Shown: positions 30,039-38,836 of the stretch, piece by piece | How positions within the stretch are numbered: the first letter of the stretch is position 1 | Layout of the letters: each line of letters opens with the position of its first letter | Origin: a virus | Virus record (IMG/VR): IMGVR_UViG_3300050501_000377 | Length of the DNA: 64,000 nucleotides | Strand: one strand, 5' to 3' | The notes under the pieces: generated by a model | What the model was told of the DNA's origin: nothing | The model's input: the letters and a program-made list of their open reading frames with translations, nothing else | Database searches by the model: none | Translations under genes and position numbers: made by a program

Positions 30039-32542
30039 TGGCGGTCACCCGACAAGTGACGCCGCCCGACCCGGATCTCGCCTTTGCGGCGCCGGTCGCA
30101 CCCGTGGTGCAGCCCCGGCGACGGGCGCCGATCGAACGGGCGCCGATCGAGATGGAGCCGGCGCCCGCCCCGGTCGTGACGCCAGCAGCGCGCGTCGAGG
30201 CACCGTCAATCCTGCCGGACCTCGGCCCACCCCGCGCGGCTGATGGGACGCTGTGGGCAGCGCCGGCTCCAACCTTCACCTATCTGGCGGGGCCGGCGGG
30301 GAGCGGCAAGACCTTCGCGACCCGGGAGTGGGCGGAGAAGGAGCCGGGGCTGGTGCTGTGCGCGACGACCGGGATTGCGGCGATCAATCTCGGCGGCGAA
30401 ACGATCAACAGCGTGCTCGGCTACTTCGACACCGCCAGCCTGCAGGAGGCCTACATCACCGGCTTCCTCACCGCCAAGCTCGGGAAACTGTGGAAGTCGG
30501 GCGTGCGCCGGCTGGTGCTGGATGAAGTGAGCATGTTGGCGGGCGACCAGCTCACCTTCCTGGTGCGGGCGATCGACGAAGTGAACGGGCGCGGGTATGT
30601 CCTCGGCAAGAGCACGCCGGACGACGACGACCCGCCGCAGATGGGGCTGACGCTGGTGGGCGACTTCGCGCAGCTGAGTCCGGTGAAGGCGAGCTATGCG
30701 TTCGAGTCGCCCGAGTGGGAGCGCTTCGCGCCGAACGTCATCACCCTGGACCGCATCTACCGCCAGGACGACCAGGACTTCATCGCCGTGCTGCGGGCGG
30801 CGCGCCATGGCCGCGGGCGGGTGGTGGCGGAGTACTTCGCCAGCCGGAACGCCATCAACCACGAGACCGACGATCACTACGACGGCCCGACCATCGTCGC
30901 GAAGAACGAGTCGGTCGACCGCTTCAACTACCTGCGGATGTCACAGCTGCAGGGCAAAGAGCTGAAGTTCACCAGTCACCGCTGGGGGAAGCTCAGAAGC
31001 GAGTGGGGCCAGCTGGAGAAGCCGGAGGCGCAGTGGGGCATCCCGAAGGTGCTGCCGCTGAAGATCGGCGCGCTGGTGATGATCCTCGCCAACCGCCGGA
31101 CCGAGCTGCTGCCGCGGCGGCTGCTGTATGTCAACGGCGACCTCGGGACGATCGTCGACGCCACCGAGGCGACCTGCTGGGTCGAGCTGCAGCGCACCGG
31201 CGAGGTGGTGGAAGTCGAGCCGGTCACCCGGGATGTGAAGGTGCCGTGTGACTCGGCGCGGAGGAAAGAGCTGCGCGAGAAAGGGCCGGAGGGCGCGACA
31301 CGGATCGACGGCAAGTGGGAAGTGGTCGGGAGCATTACCTACCTGCCGCTCAGAGTTGCATATGCATCGACGGTGCATAAGTGCGTCGCGCCGGACACGC
31401 GCGTGTTAGTCGCCGGCCGCGGCGCTGTGCGCGTGTGTGATCTACGCGTCGGCGAGTGGATCGATACGGGCGGCGGCCTCGCACGCCTCAAGGCGGTGGC
31501 GCAGACCGAGTGTCGTCTGCATCGACTGACCACCGCGCGCGGCTACACACTGCTCTGCTCGCCCGACCATCGGTGGAAGACGCCGCATGGCTTCCGCCAG
31601 ACGTGCAAGCTCGTCCCCGATCACCCGATCTGCCTAACGACAACCGCGACGATCACCGGCACACAGGAGATCGACAGCGACCTCGCGTGGTGGATCGGTG
31701 CCTCGCTCGGCAACGCCGCCTGGGCTGACCAGCGCGAAGGCCAGATCCACTTCACCAGCGAGGTCGCGCACCTGCGCGAGCGCTGGATGGCGATCGCGCA
31801 GCGACTCGGTGGGCGGCCGAACACACGCCGCGACGAGCGCGGCTGTCATCTCACCAGCCTGCCACTGCGGCTCCGGCTCGCAGCGTGGGGCTGCGACTAC
31901 GTCACCGCGGTGGACAAGCGCGTCCCTGAGGCGATTTGGACGTCGGGGCCGTCGGCTTGGGCGGCGTGCCTACAGGGCCTGTTCGACACCGATGGCTCGA
32001 TGATCGATCGCCGGCTGGTCTACGCGACGCGGTCGGAAGGACTCGCCTGCGACGTGCAGCAGCTGTTGTTGTATCTCGGCATCGCCAGCACGCGCGGCAC
32101 CTACGCGGGACCGACGGGGCCGTACCAGCACGTCTGGATCAATGCGGAGCAACGCGACCGCTACGAAGCGCTGGTCGGCTTCTCCCACCCCGAGAAACAG
32201 CGCGCACTAGGCGAGTGGCATCCGAACCGCGTGATCAAGCACTTCGACGGGACGGACACTGTCAAGACGATCGAGTGCCTGAAGGTGATCGTGCCGATGT
32301 TCGACATCGAGCTGGAAACGATCCACGAGCTAGGCTTCGGGCCGTTCGTCGGCAGCAACTCGCAGGGACTGAGTCTCGATCGGGTCCAGGTCAACATCCG
32401 CGACCCGTTCTTCAAGTCGCCAGGGATGCTCTATGTCGCGTTGAGCCGAGCGAGAAGTGCCGCCGGGTTGCGATTGGTCGGCAGCCCGCAGGCGCTGGTG
32501 GAGCGGTGCGTGACGGACCCGCGGCTGCGGGCGTGGTTGTGA
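30038..32542 (+). CDS. SF1B DNA helicase (Pif1/RecD/Dda-like) interrupted by an intein
   Basis: Walker A GPAGSGKTF, Walker B LVLDEVSML, GDFAQLSPV. The motif STVHK|SQGLS is split by a 326-aa insertion, and LYVALSRAR follows. ATG 30038 overlaps the upstream TGA; GTG 30035 is an alternative. Confidence 0.85.
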   Translation: MAVTRQVTPPDPDLAFAAPVAPVVQPRRRAPIERAPIEMEPAPAPVVTPAARVEAPSILPDLGPPRAADGTLWAAPAPTFTYLAGPAGSGKTFATREWAEKEPGLVLCATTGIAAINLGGETINSVLGYFDTASLQEAYITGFLTAKLGKLWKSGVRRLVLDEVSMLAGDQLTFLVRAIDEVNGRGYVLGKSTPDDDDPPQMGLTLVGDFAQLSPVKASYAFESPEWERFAPNVITLDRIYRQDDQDFIAVLRAARHGRGRVVAEYFASRNAINHETDDHYDGPTIVAKNESVDRFNYLRMSQLQGKELKFTSHRWGKLRSEWGQLEKPEAQWGIPKVLPLKIGALVMILANRRTELLPRRLLYVNGDLGTIVDATEATCWVELQRTGEVVEVEPVTRDVKVPCDSARRKELREKGPEGATRIDGKWEVVGSITYLPLRVAYASTVHKCVAPDTRVLVAGRGAVRVCDLRVGEWIDTGGGLARLKAVAQTECRLHRLTTARGYTLLCSPDHRWKTPHGFRQTCKLVPDHPICLTTTATITGTQEIDSDLAWWIGASLGNAAWADQREGQIHFTSEVAHLRERWMAIAQRLGGRPNTRRDERGCHLTSLPLRLRLAAWGCDYVTAVDKRVPEAIWTSGPSAWAACLQGLFDTDGSMIDRRLVYATRSEGLACDVQQLLLYLGIASTRGTYAGPTGPYQHVWINAEQRDRYEALVGFSHPEKQRALGEWHPNRVIKHFDGTDTVKTIECLKVIVPMFDIELETIHELGFGPFVGSNSQGLSLDRVQVNIRDPFFKSPGMLYVALSRARSAAGLRLVGSPQALVERCVTDPRLRAWL
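31382..32359 (+). mobile_element. intein (326 aa) with LAGLIDADG homing-endonuclease domain
   Basis: Begins CVAPDTRVLV right after helicase TVHK, has block B-like LLCSPDHRW, and ends FVGSN followed by +1 Ser. LAGLIDADG-type motifs are LAWWIGASLGN (degenerate) and LQGLFDTDGS. In frame with both exteins. Confidence 0.8.
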
Positions 32543-32555
32543 AAAGGGGGGAGTG

Positions 32556-34139
32556 ATGGCGGGTGAACGACGGCGAATGTATGACCTCATCGACCACATC
32601 GTGGCCGATGCCGAGCAGCTGCGGAGCGAAGTCGACCAGGCCTTCCCGGCGCCGATCGACGTGCCGACGGTGAAGGTGCCGGTCGGCGAGAGCGTGCAGA
32701 CGGCGTATGACGCGCTGGAGCCGACCGGCGGCATCATCCAGCTGGAGGTCGGGACGCATCTCGGCGAGTTGCGGATCCGCGAGCGCCCACCGGACGCGCC
32801 GTGGGTGACGATCACCAGTGATAGCAGCGAGTACCCGCCGGTCGGGTCGATGATCACACCGGAGTACCTGCCGGCGCTGGGCGTGCTGCAGGGAGTGACC
32901 AAAACCACCTCTCCCATCCGCATCCAGAACAAAGCGCACCACGTCGCCTTTGTGAATATCGGCATCGGGCCGCCACTGACCAAGAGCTACTCGCACGTCG
33001 AGATGGGCGGCGACAAGCGCAACATGCTCACGCCGGAAGACCGCCCCGACGGGTTCCTCTTTGACCGCTGCTACATCTTCGGTGACCCGGTCCTCGGCGG
33101 GCATCGCGGCATCACCCTGAATGCGTCGAACGTCACGGTGAGCAGCTGCTACATCAAGGACATCTTCGAGCCGGGGCGGGATAGCCAGGCGGTCAGCGCC
33201 TGGAACGGCGGCCAGTATCTCAAGATCGAGAACTGCTTCTTAGAGGGCGGGGCCGAGAACGTCATGTTCGGCGGCAGCGACTGCGCCTCGCCGGAGATGG
33301 CGTGCTCCGACATTCTCATCAGCCGCTGCCACCTGAGTAAGAACTACGCCTGGATGTCCCTCGCCAGTCAGCCGAGTATCAAGTGCTTGTTCGAGATCAA
33401 GTCGGTCAAACGGTTGCGGATGGAGCACTGCTTGTTGGAGTGCAACTGGAAGCGAGACTGGTCGACCGGGGTGGGCGTGATGCTCAAGGCCTGTAATCAA
33501 GAGGGCGGCGAGCCGACAGCGACGTGCGAGGACGTCGTCCTGGAGAACCTGGTCATTAGAAATGTGGGGAGTGTGTTCGGCATTATCGGGAAGAACGACA
33601 GCGGCCAGACGAGTGACTGGATGCGGCGCGTCGCGATTCGCAACGTGCTCGCCTACGACATCAACCAGACACCGTATCTCGGCACCGGCCGCGGGATGCC
33701 GGTCGCCAACGGCGTCGATGACGGCATCGTCATCGACCATGTGACCTATCACAGCAACAGTCACTCGTGGATGAACTTCTACACCGATAGCGGCATTACC
33801 GCGTCGCCCGGGCCGCTGGCGTTCCAGAACTCGATGGTCTGCGAGGGCAGCTACGGCTATCTCTCCGCCACCAACGGCATCGGCTTCGCGGCGCTCAAGA
33901 AGGACTGGCCGCACGCGCAGACGGTCGTGACCGGCAACTGCTTCAAGGCGGGGAGTCGATCGCAGGGGACGCTGCCGCCCGACAACATCCGGCTGTCGGC
34001 GGCCGACTGGGAGGCGAGCCTCGGGCCGGACCACATGGTGCTGCCAGGCTCGCCGGCAAACGCCGTCAACACGACCGATGGCACGCCGCCGGGGGCGAGC
34101 TTCACACCGCCCGCGCGCGTCGGCACCTATAGCCGGTAA
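32556..34139 (+). CDS. right-handed parallel beta-helix repeat protein (polysaccharide lyase/hydrolase/epimerase-like)
   Basis: Successive coils: GITLNASNVTVSSCYIKD, LKIENCFLEGGAENVMFGG, ILISRCHLSKN, LRMEHCLLECNW, VVLENLVIRNVG, VAIRNVLAYDI, IVIDHVTYHSNS. GTG 32553 is an alternative start. Confidence 0.65.
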   Translation: MAGERRRMYDLIDHIVADAEQLRSEVDQAFPAPIDVPTVKVPVGESVQTAYDALEPTGGIIQLEVGTHLGELRIRERPPDAPWVTITSDSSEYPPVGSMITPEYLPALGVLQGVTKTTSPIRIQNKAHHVAFVNIGIGPPLTKSYSHVEMGGDKRNMLTPEDRPDGFLFDRCYIFGDPVLGGHRGITLNASNVTVSSCYIKDIFEPGRDSQAVSAWNGGQYLKIENCFLEGGAENVMFGGSDCASPEMACSDILISRCHLSKNYAWMSLASQPSIKCLFEIKSVKRLRMEHCLLECNWKRDWSTGVGVMLKACNQEGGEPTATCEDVVLENLVIRNVGSVFGIIGKNDSGQTSDWMRRVAIRNVLAYDINQTPYLGTGRGMPVANGVDDGIVIDHVTYHSNSHSWMNFYTDSGITASPGPLAFQNSMVCEGSYGYLSATNGIGFAALKKDWPHAQTVVTGNCFKAGSRSQGTLPPDNIRLSAADWEASLGPDHMVLPGSPANAVNTTDGTPPGASFTPPARVGTYSR

Positions 34140-34157
34140 CAGGAACAGGAGGCGGCA

Positions 34158-34859
34158 GTGCAGAACTACACGCAGGTCTACGCCGACACGCTCGCCGAGT
34201 TCGAGTCGCCACTGGTGCCGGCGGCGCAGGGCGATGAGGGCAAGGGGCAACTCAACGCGCGGGCGGTCTACAAGATTCACCAGAGCAACCCGAACGTCGG
34301 CCATATCGGCAAGAGCGGTGGGCAGACGCAGTATCACGGCTTGTCGGTCGATGCCTGCCTCGACAAGAGCGATGGCACCGGCGCCGACTACCTCACCGAC
34401 GTCGATGCCGGGAACGGGATGCGCGAGATCCGGCTCGCCTACACGCCGTATGCGCCGCCGCCGCCGGGGACACCGCTGCCGCCGGACAACTGGGTGCAGC
34501 CGACCGAGGAGCAGCTGACCTACGGCGGCCCGCTGGTGCTGAAAGCGGACGCGCCCCAACCGGGACCGGAGCCAGAACCCGAGCCGCAACCGCCCGTCGA
34601 CAACGAGCAGCTCAATCGCATCGAAGCCAAGATCGACGCGCTGCAGATGCAGATGATCGACCTGCATCAGCAGTCGATGGCGACCGACAACGCGAACACG
34701 GAAAAAATCCAACAGCAAATTCATCAGGTGGTCGAAGACGCGGAAGAGAGCCTGAAGAAGATCGCGCCGGTGCTGATCGGGATGCTCCGCGCTGCTGACG
34801 ACGATGGCAGCGGGATGGGACCGATCGACCAGTGGCTGGCGGGCTTGGGGAAGAAGTAG
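34158..34859 (+). CDS. hypothetical protein with Pro-rich linker and coiled-coil C-terminus, 233 aa
   Basis: GTG start preceded by AGGAGG. PEPEPEPQPP linker, then NRIEAKIDALQMQMIDLHQQ. Confidence 0.5.
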   Translation: MQNYTQVYADTLAEFESPLVPAAQGDEGKGQLNARAVYKIHQSNPNVGHIGKSGGQTQYHGLSVDACLDKSDGTGADYLTDVDAGNGMREIRLAYTPYAPPPPGTPLPPDNWVQPTEEQLTYGGPLVLKADAPQPGPEPEPEPQPPVDNEQLNRIEAKIDALQMQMIDLHQQSMATDNANTEKIQQQIHQVVEDAEESLKKIAPVLIGMLRAADDDGSGMGPIDQWLAGLGKK

Positions 34860-34876
34860 GCGGCCGGCGAGCGGTG

Positions 34877-35404
34877 ATGAAGCTCCTGCTCTACCTCTAC
34901 GCGGGCGCGACCTGTTGGCTCACCGCAGCGGAGTGCGAGGCGGTCATCGCGGAAGCCAAGGCGCGCCTGCAGGCGAGCAAGGACCGCCTCGGACGCTACC
35001 AGAACTGGTCGGCTGACAAACTCGATGCGCTGGCCCATGAATGCAACAGCGTCGGCGCGGAGCTGGCGTTCGCCAATCTCGCCCGGGGCGTGTGGGCGTA
35101 TGCGCTCGACGGGCACTCGGTGGAAGGCCGGCCCGACGTCTACCTGCAGGACGGCCGCAGTGTCGATGTCAAGCAGACGCCCCAGGAGAACGGCAGGCTC
35201 CTCCGCTGGGTGGAAGCGTCAGGGCGGGCCGACCTCTATGCGCTGATGACGGGTGTGATGCCGATCTACACCTTTCGTGGATGGGTCACCGCCGACGAAC
35301 TGGTCAAGCCCTGGAACGTGAGCCATGCCTACGGGCGGGCACCCGCCTATGCGCTCGGGCGGCTGGCGTACCACCCGTGTCTGGAGCTGGAGGTGTCCGC
35401 ATGA
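34877..35404 (+). CDS. hypothetical protein, possible PD-(D/E)XK nuclease fold, 175 aa
   Basis: GAELAFA...RPDVYLQDGRSVDVKQT fits an E...PD...(D/E)xK arrangement. Tentative. Confidence 0.4.
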   Translation: MKLLLYLYAGATCWLTAAECEAVIAEAKARLQASKDRLGRYQNWSADKLDALAHECNSVGAELAFANLARGVWAYALDGHSVEGRPDVYLQDGRSVDVKQTPQENGRLLRWVEASGRADLYALMTGVMPIYTFRGWVTADELVKPWNVSHAYGRAPAYALGRLAYHPCLELEVSA

Positions 35405-36216
35405 AGATCCTCTGCACGCACCCCGGGCGATACGGCGATCTGTTGTGGGCGCTGCCGACGGTGCGCGCCCTCAGCCACAACGCCAACGTGCCGGTCGATC
35501 TCCTCCTCGGGCCGACCTATGCCGACCCGAGCTTCTGCAGTCTGCTCAGCCGGCAGATCTATATCGGCCAGGTGCTGGTCGCCCACGATTGGGAGATTCA
35601 CGAGACCGCGCCGATCACGCCGCGCGAGCCGCCCACCCTCCCGAGCGGCTACGACATCGTCCTCCACCTCGCGTATGACGGCTGGCCGAAGCTCTCCCTG
35701 CCTTATGAGACCTACCGGATCGCTGAGGACCAGCTGCCGCTGACGATGCCGCTCGCACTCGACCCGTGGCTGGCGCCGCCCTTCCAGATGCCGACCAGCC
35801 GGATCGTGGTCGGCTTCAGCGATGAGCACTTCGAGCTGAAGTACGGGCTGTACTGGCTGCTGCGGCAGCACTTCGTCCAGGAGGACTCGCCGCCAGCCAG
35901 TGACGTGCTGAATGTCAGTGGCGGCCCGCGCTGGAAGCCGTACGGCTACACCTGCGATTGGGAGTCGGCCGCGGGCTGGATCGCCACGGCGAGTGTGTTC
36001 GTCGGCTGCTGCTCGGCGCTGCATGTACTCGCGTGCGCGCTCGGCACGCCGGTGGTGATGATCGAGCCGAACACGATGCGGCACCACGATGTGTTCTACC
36101 CCTACGGCAAAGCGAGCGACCAGGTCTGGCTGGTGCTGGGTCTCGACGGGCAGCCGACGTTTGATAGCCGGCACCTCGTCGATGTGGTGCGTGAGCGCCT
36201 GGCGGTGCTGGCGTGA
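35401..36216 (+). CDS. glycosyltransferase family 9-like (heptosyltransferase-like)
   Basis: N-terminal MKILCTHPGRYGDLLWALPTVRAL and C-terminal VGCCSALHVLACALGTPVVMI resemble the two conserved GT9 regions. The ATG overlaps the upstream stop (ATGA). Confidence 0.6.
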   Translation: MKILCTHPGRYGDLLWALPTVRALSHNANVPVDLLLGPTYADPSFCSLLSRQIYIGQVLVAHDWEIHETAPITPREPPTLPSGYDIVLHLAYDGWPKLSLPYETYRIAEDQLPLTMPLALDPWLAPPFQMPTSRIVVGFSDEHFELKYGLYWLLRQHFVQEDSPPASDVLNVSGGPRWKPYGYTCDWESAAGWIATASVFVGCCSALHVLACALGTPVVMIEPNTMRHHDVFYPYGKASDQVWLVLGLDGQPTFDSRHLVDVVRERLAVLA

Positions 36217-36590
36217 GTCGGCTGGTGAACTTCGGGCTGGGGGAAGTCTGCGACCGGCTGACCATCCTGGCGCTGAAGATCCTGCATGGCGAGGTCAAGG
36301 GGATCGACGTGACGCACTTCCAGCGCGAGCGCGCCGCCTTGCTGCCGAAGCTGCTGGCGGCGAGCGCCGGCCGCTGGACCGAGCACTACAGCGACCTGGC
36401 GGCGGTGAACTCGGCGCTGTGGCAGGCCGAGGATCGGCTGCGTGGGTATAAGCAGGAGGGGACGAAGGTGAGCCACCGCGAGGAGATCATCGAGTGCGCC
36501 TTCCGCATCCAGGAGTGGAACGACCGGCGGGCGGCGCTGATTCAGTCGATCAACGCGCTGGTCGGCGACGCGGTGCAGGAGAAGGTATGA
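36213..36590 (+). CDS. hypothetical protein, 125 aa (reminiscent of DUF4254-type proteins found beside heptosyltransferases)
   Basis: VNSALWQAEDRLR motif in an all-helical protein. The GTG overlaps the upstream stop (GTGA). The family assignment is from memory only. Confidence 0.45.
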   Translation: MSRLVNFGLGEVCDRLTILALKILHGEVKGIDVTHFQRERAALLPKLLAASAGRWTEHYSDLAAVNSALWQAEDRLRGYKQEGTKVSHREEIIECAFRIQEWNDRRAALIQSINALVGDAVQEKV

Positions 36591-36703
36591 GCGAGCGGCA
36601 GGAGATCGCGCTCGGTATGCGCCCCCGCAGCCTCAGCGGCTGGTGGTTCTGGCTGCGCTACTGGTCGCCCGTCGCGGCGTGGTGGCGGAGGAGAGGGCTA
36701 TGA
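36587..36703 (+). CDS. Trp-rich micro-ORF, 38 aa
   Basis: MSERQEIALGMRPRSLSGWWFWLRYWSPVAAWWRRRGL, with ATGA overlaps at both ends bridging two longer genes. Confidence 0.3.
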   Translation: MSERQEIALGMRPRSLSGWWFWLRYWSPVAAWWRRRGL

Positions 36704-37650
36704 GAGTCCTACTGGTCACGACCTGGGGCACGGCCTGCGGCATCGCTGAGCACTCGGCGATGCTGACCGACGCGGTCGAGCAGGCCGATCCGTCGATCGA
36801 CATGCTGCCCGACGTGGCAGCCCTCGACCCGGCGCACGTCGACGTGACCGAGGTCGAGGTCGTGCATCTCAACTATCACGCCGCCCTGCACTCGCGCTGG
36901 TGGCCGGAACACATCGCGCAGCTGCGGCGGCGCGTCCCGGTCGTCGTCACCTATCACGACAGCGGCGTCCCGAACTCCGATCAGTGCAAGGCAATCGTCG
37001 ACGCGGCCGACGCCGCGGTCGTGCATGAGCCGTTCGACGATCTGCCCGCCGAGAAGACCCGCTACTGGCGGATGGGCGTCCCCGAGTGGACCCGCCCGCC
37101 GCAGTCACTCCGGGACGACAAGCCGCTGCTCGGCACGATCGGCTTCCCGAACGCCTGGAAGAACTACGACGCGCTCTGCGACATCACCAAGGCGGCTGGC
37201 TGGGACCTGCTGCTGCTGGCGCCGGGGGCGACCGTCGAACAGGTCGCGGAGTGGCAGCGGCGTCAGCCGGAGGTCATCGTCCACCCTGAGTTCGTCGAGC
37301 GTGCGAAAGCGATCAGTTTGCTCGCCGGCTGCGACGCGACGGCGTTCCTTTACACCTGCGCGTTTGCCGGACAGAGTGGCGCGCTGCTCCTGGGGATTGC
37401 GGCGCGCAAGCCGGTCTTGGCGCTGTCGTCGTGCCGGCAGTTCCGCGCCCTCTATGAAGACACGCTCGGGCATCGGGCGATTCGCTGGTATGAGAACTTC
37501 GACCAGATCACGTTCGGGCTGGAGCTGCTGGCCAGCATCCCCTCGACACAGAAACGGGATACGCACCGCATCCGGCAGCTGGCGAAGAAGGAGAGCTGGC
37601 AGCGGCTGGGAGCGAAGTACGCGCAGCTCTATCGGGAGGTAGCCCAGTGA
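36700..37650 (+). CDS. glycosyltransferase-like, GT-B fold
   Basis: MRVLLVTTWGTACGIAEHSAMLTDAV is a typical GT-B N-terminus. The C-terminal region is FLYTCAFAGQSGALLLGIAARKPVLAL. GGAGGAGAGGG RBS. Confidence 0.6.
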   Translation: MRVLLVTTWGTACGIAEHSAMLTDAVEQADPSIDMLPDVAALDPAHVDVTEVEVVHLNYHAALHSRWWPEHIAQLRRRVPVVVTYHDSGVPNSDQCKAIVDAADAAVVHEPFDDLPAEKTRYWRMGVPEWTRPPQSLRDDKPLLGTIGFPNAWKNYDALCDITKAAGWDLLLLAPGATVEQVAEWQRRQPEVIVHPEFVERAKAISLLAGCDATAFLYTCAFAGQSGALLLGIAARKPVLALSSCRQFRALYEDTLGHRAIRWYENFDQITFGLELLASIPSTQKRDTHRIRQLAKKESWQRLGAKYAQLYREVAQ

Positions 37651-38285
37651 GCCTGACTTGCCTGTCACGCACGCTCGACCCGAAGGACTACGACCACCTG
37701 GAGCACGAGCTGCAGACGGTCGACGCGCATCCGAACGCGCTGCCGCACACGCACCGCCGGTGGGAGTATGCGCTGGCGCTGCAGGCACTGGGCCGCTGGC
37801 GCGAGCGAGGCGGGCCGTGGGAGGGGCCGGTCTACGACATCGGCGGCGCCGGCAGTGCCTTCCATTACATGCTGCGCGACTGGACTGGGAAAGAAGTGAT
37901 CGTCGTCGACCCGGCGCTGGTCGATGGCTATCCGCTGGAGGAGTGGGTGAGCGAAGGGGGCGCCGCGCTCAGTAAGGCGGTGACCTGTCTCTCCGTCATC
38001 GAGCATGTCAAGGAGCTGGACCGCTTCCTCTATCACCTGAGTTGCCTGGTGGCGCCGGGTGGCCTGCTGGTCCTGACGATGGACTACTGGAACCGCTGCG
38101 GGCCGGACACGACCGGGAACAAGGAACTGCGCGAGCGGCTGTTCTGCCAGAAGACCTACGCGCAGCTGCGCCAGACGCTCGCGGCCCTGCACCTCACCGC
38201 CTTTGGCGGGGTGGATCCGACCTTTCATGGGCTGCACGTCTGGGACTACACCTTCGCCAGTCTGGTGGTGGAGAAGCGGCTGTGA
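37647..38285 (+). CDS. class I SAM-dependent methyltransferase
   Basis: Motif I VYDIGGAGS, post-I VIVVDP, and LSVIEHVKELDRFLYHLSCLVAPGGLLVLTM. The GTG overlaps the upstream stop. Confidence 0.7.
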   Translation: MSLTCLSRTLDPKDYDHLEHELQTVDAHPNALPHTHRRWEYALALQALGRWRERGGPWEGPVYDIGGAGSAFHYMLRDWTGKEVIVVDPALVDGYPLEEWVSEGGAALSKAVTCLSVIEHVKELDRFLYHLSCLVAPGGLLVLTMDYWNRCGPDTTGNKELRERLFCQKTYAQLRQTLAALHLTAFGGVDPTFHGLHVWDYTFASLVVEKRL

Positions 38286-38836
38286 GTGTGGTGACCGCGC
38301 TGTCGCGGACCTGTAATCTCCGGGACTTCCCCGGCTGCATCACGGTCGCCGACTGGCAGCAGAGCCTGGCGGAGGAGGCCTGGGCGCTGTGGGAGAGCGA
38401 GTATCACATTCGCACGCGCGCCTCGTCGCTGGTGGTGAACTACAGCGACATCGGCTTCATCGCCCCGGGGCCGGCGGCGGTCTACGAGTATTACGAGCAG
38501 CCGACCAACGGCATCCACCGCGGGCTGCCGGCGATCTGGGGACTGTGCGTGCTCGATCGGACGGAAGCGCCGGTCAAGTTCCTGTCGCGCGCCGCGCTCG
38601 TCCTGCGGCAGCACGGGCTGCTGTTCCTGACCTTTGCCTTCTGGGATGCCGAGGGAGAAGACACCGCGGCGGGGCATCAGCATCGGATGCGGATCTACGA
38701 CGAGCGCAACTGGCGCAAGCTGATCGTCGACGCCAAGCGCGCCGGCTTCCAGACCTTCGGCGGTGTCGACTGGACCTATCACGGCAACCTGCTCGACGAC
38801 CATTCACTGGCGAGCCTGGTGCTGACAAGGAGATAG
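38282..38836 (+). CDS. methyltransferase-fold paralog lacking an obvious glycine-rich SAM loop
   Basis: LCVLDRTEAPVKFLSRAALVLRQHGLLFLTFAF and the C-terminus GGVDWTYHGNLLDDHSLASLVLTRR parallel the preceding gene (GGVDPTFHGLHVWDYTFASLVVEKRL). The GTG overlaps the upstream stop. Confidence 0.5.
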   Translation: MSVVTALSRTCNLRDFPGCITVADWQQSLAEEAWALWESEYHIRTRASSLVVNYSDIGFIAPGPAAVYEYYEQPTNGIHRGLPAIWGLCVLDRTEAPVKFLSRAALVLRQHGLLFLTFAFWDAEGEDTAAGHQHRMRIYDERNWRKLIVDAKRAGFQTFGGVDWTYHGNLLDDHSLASLVLTRR

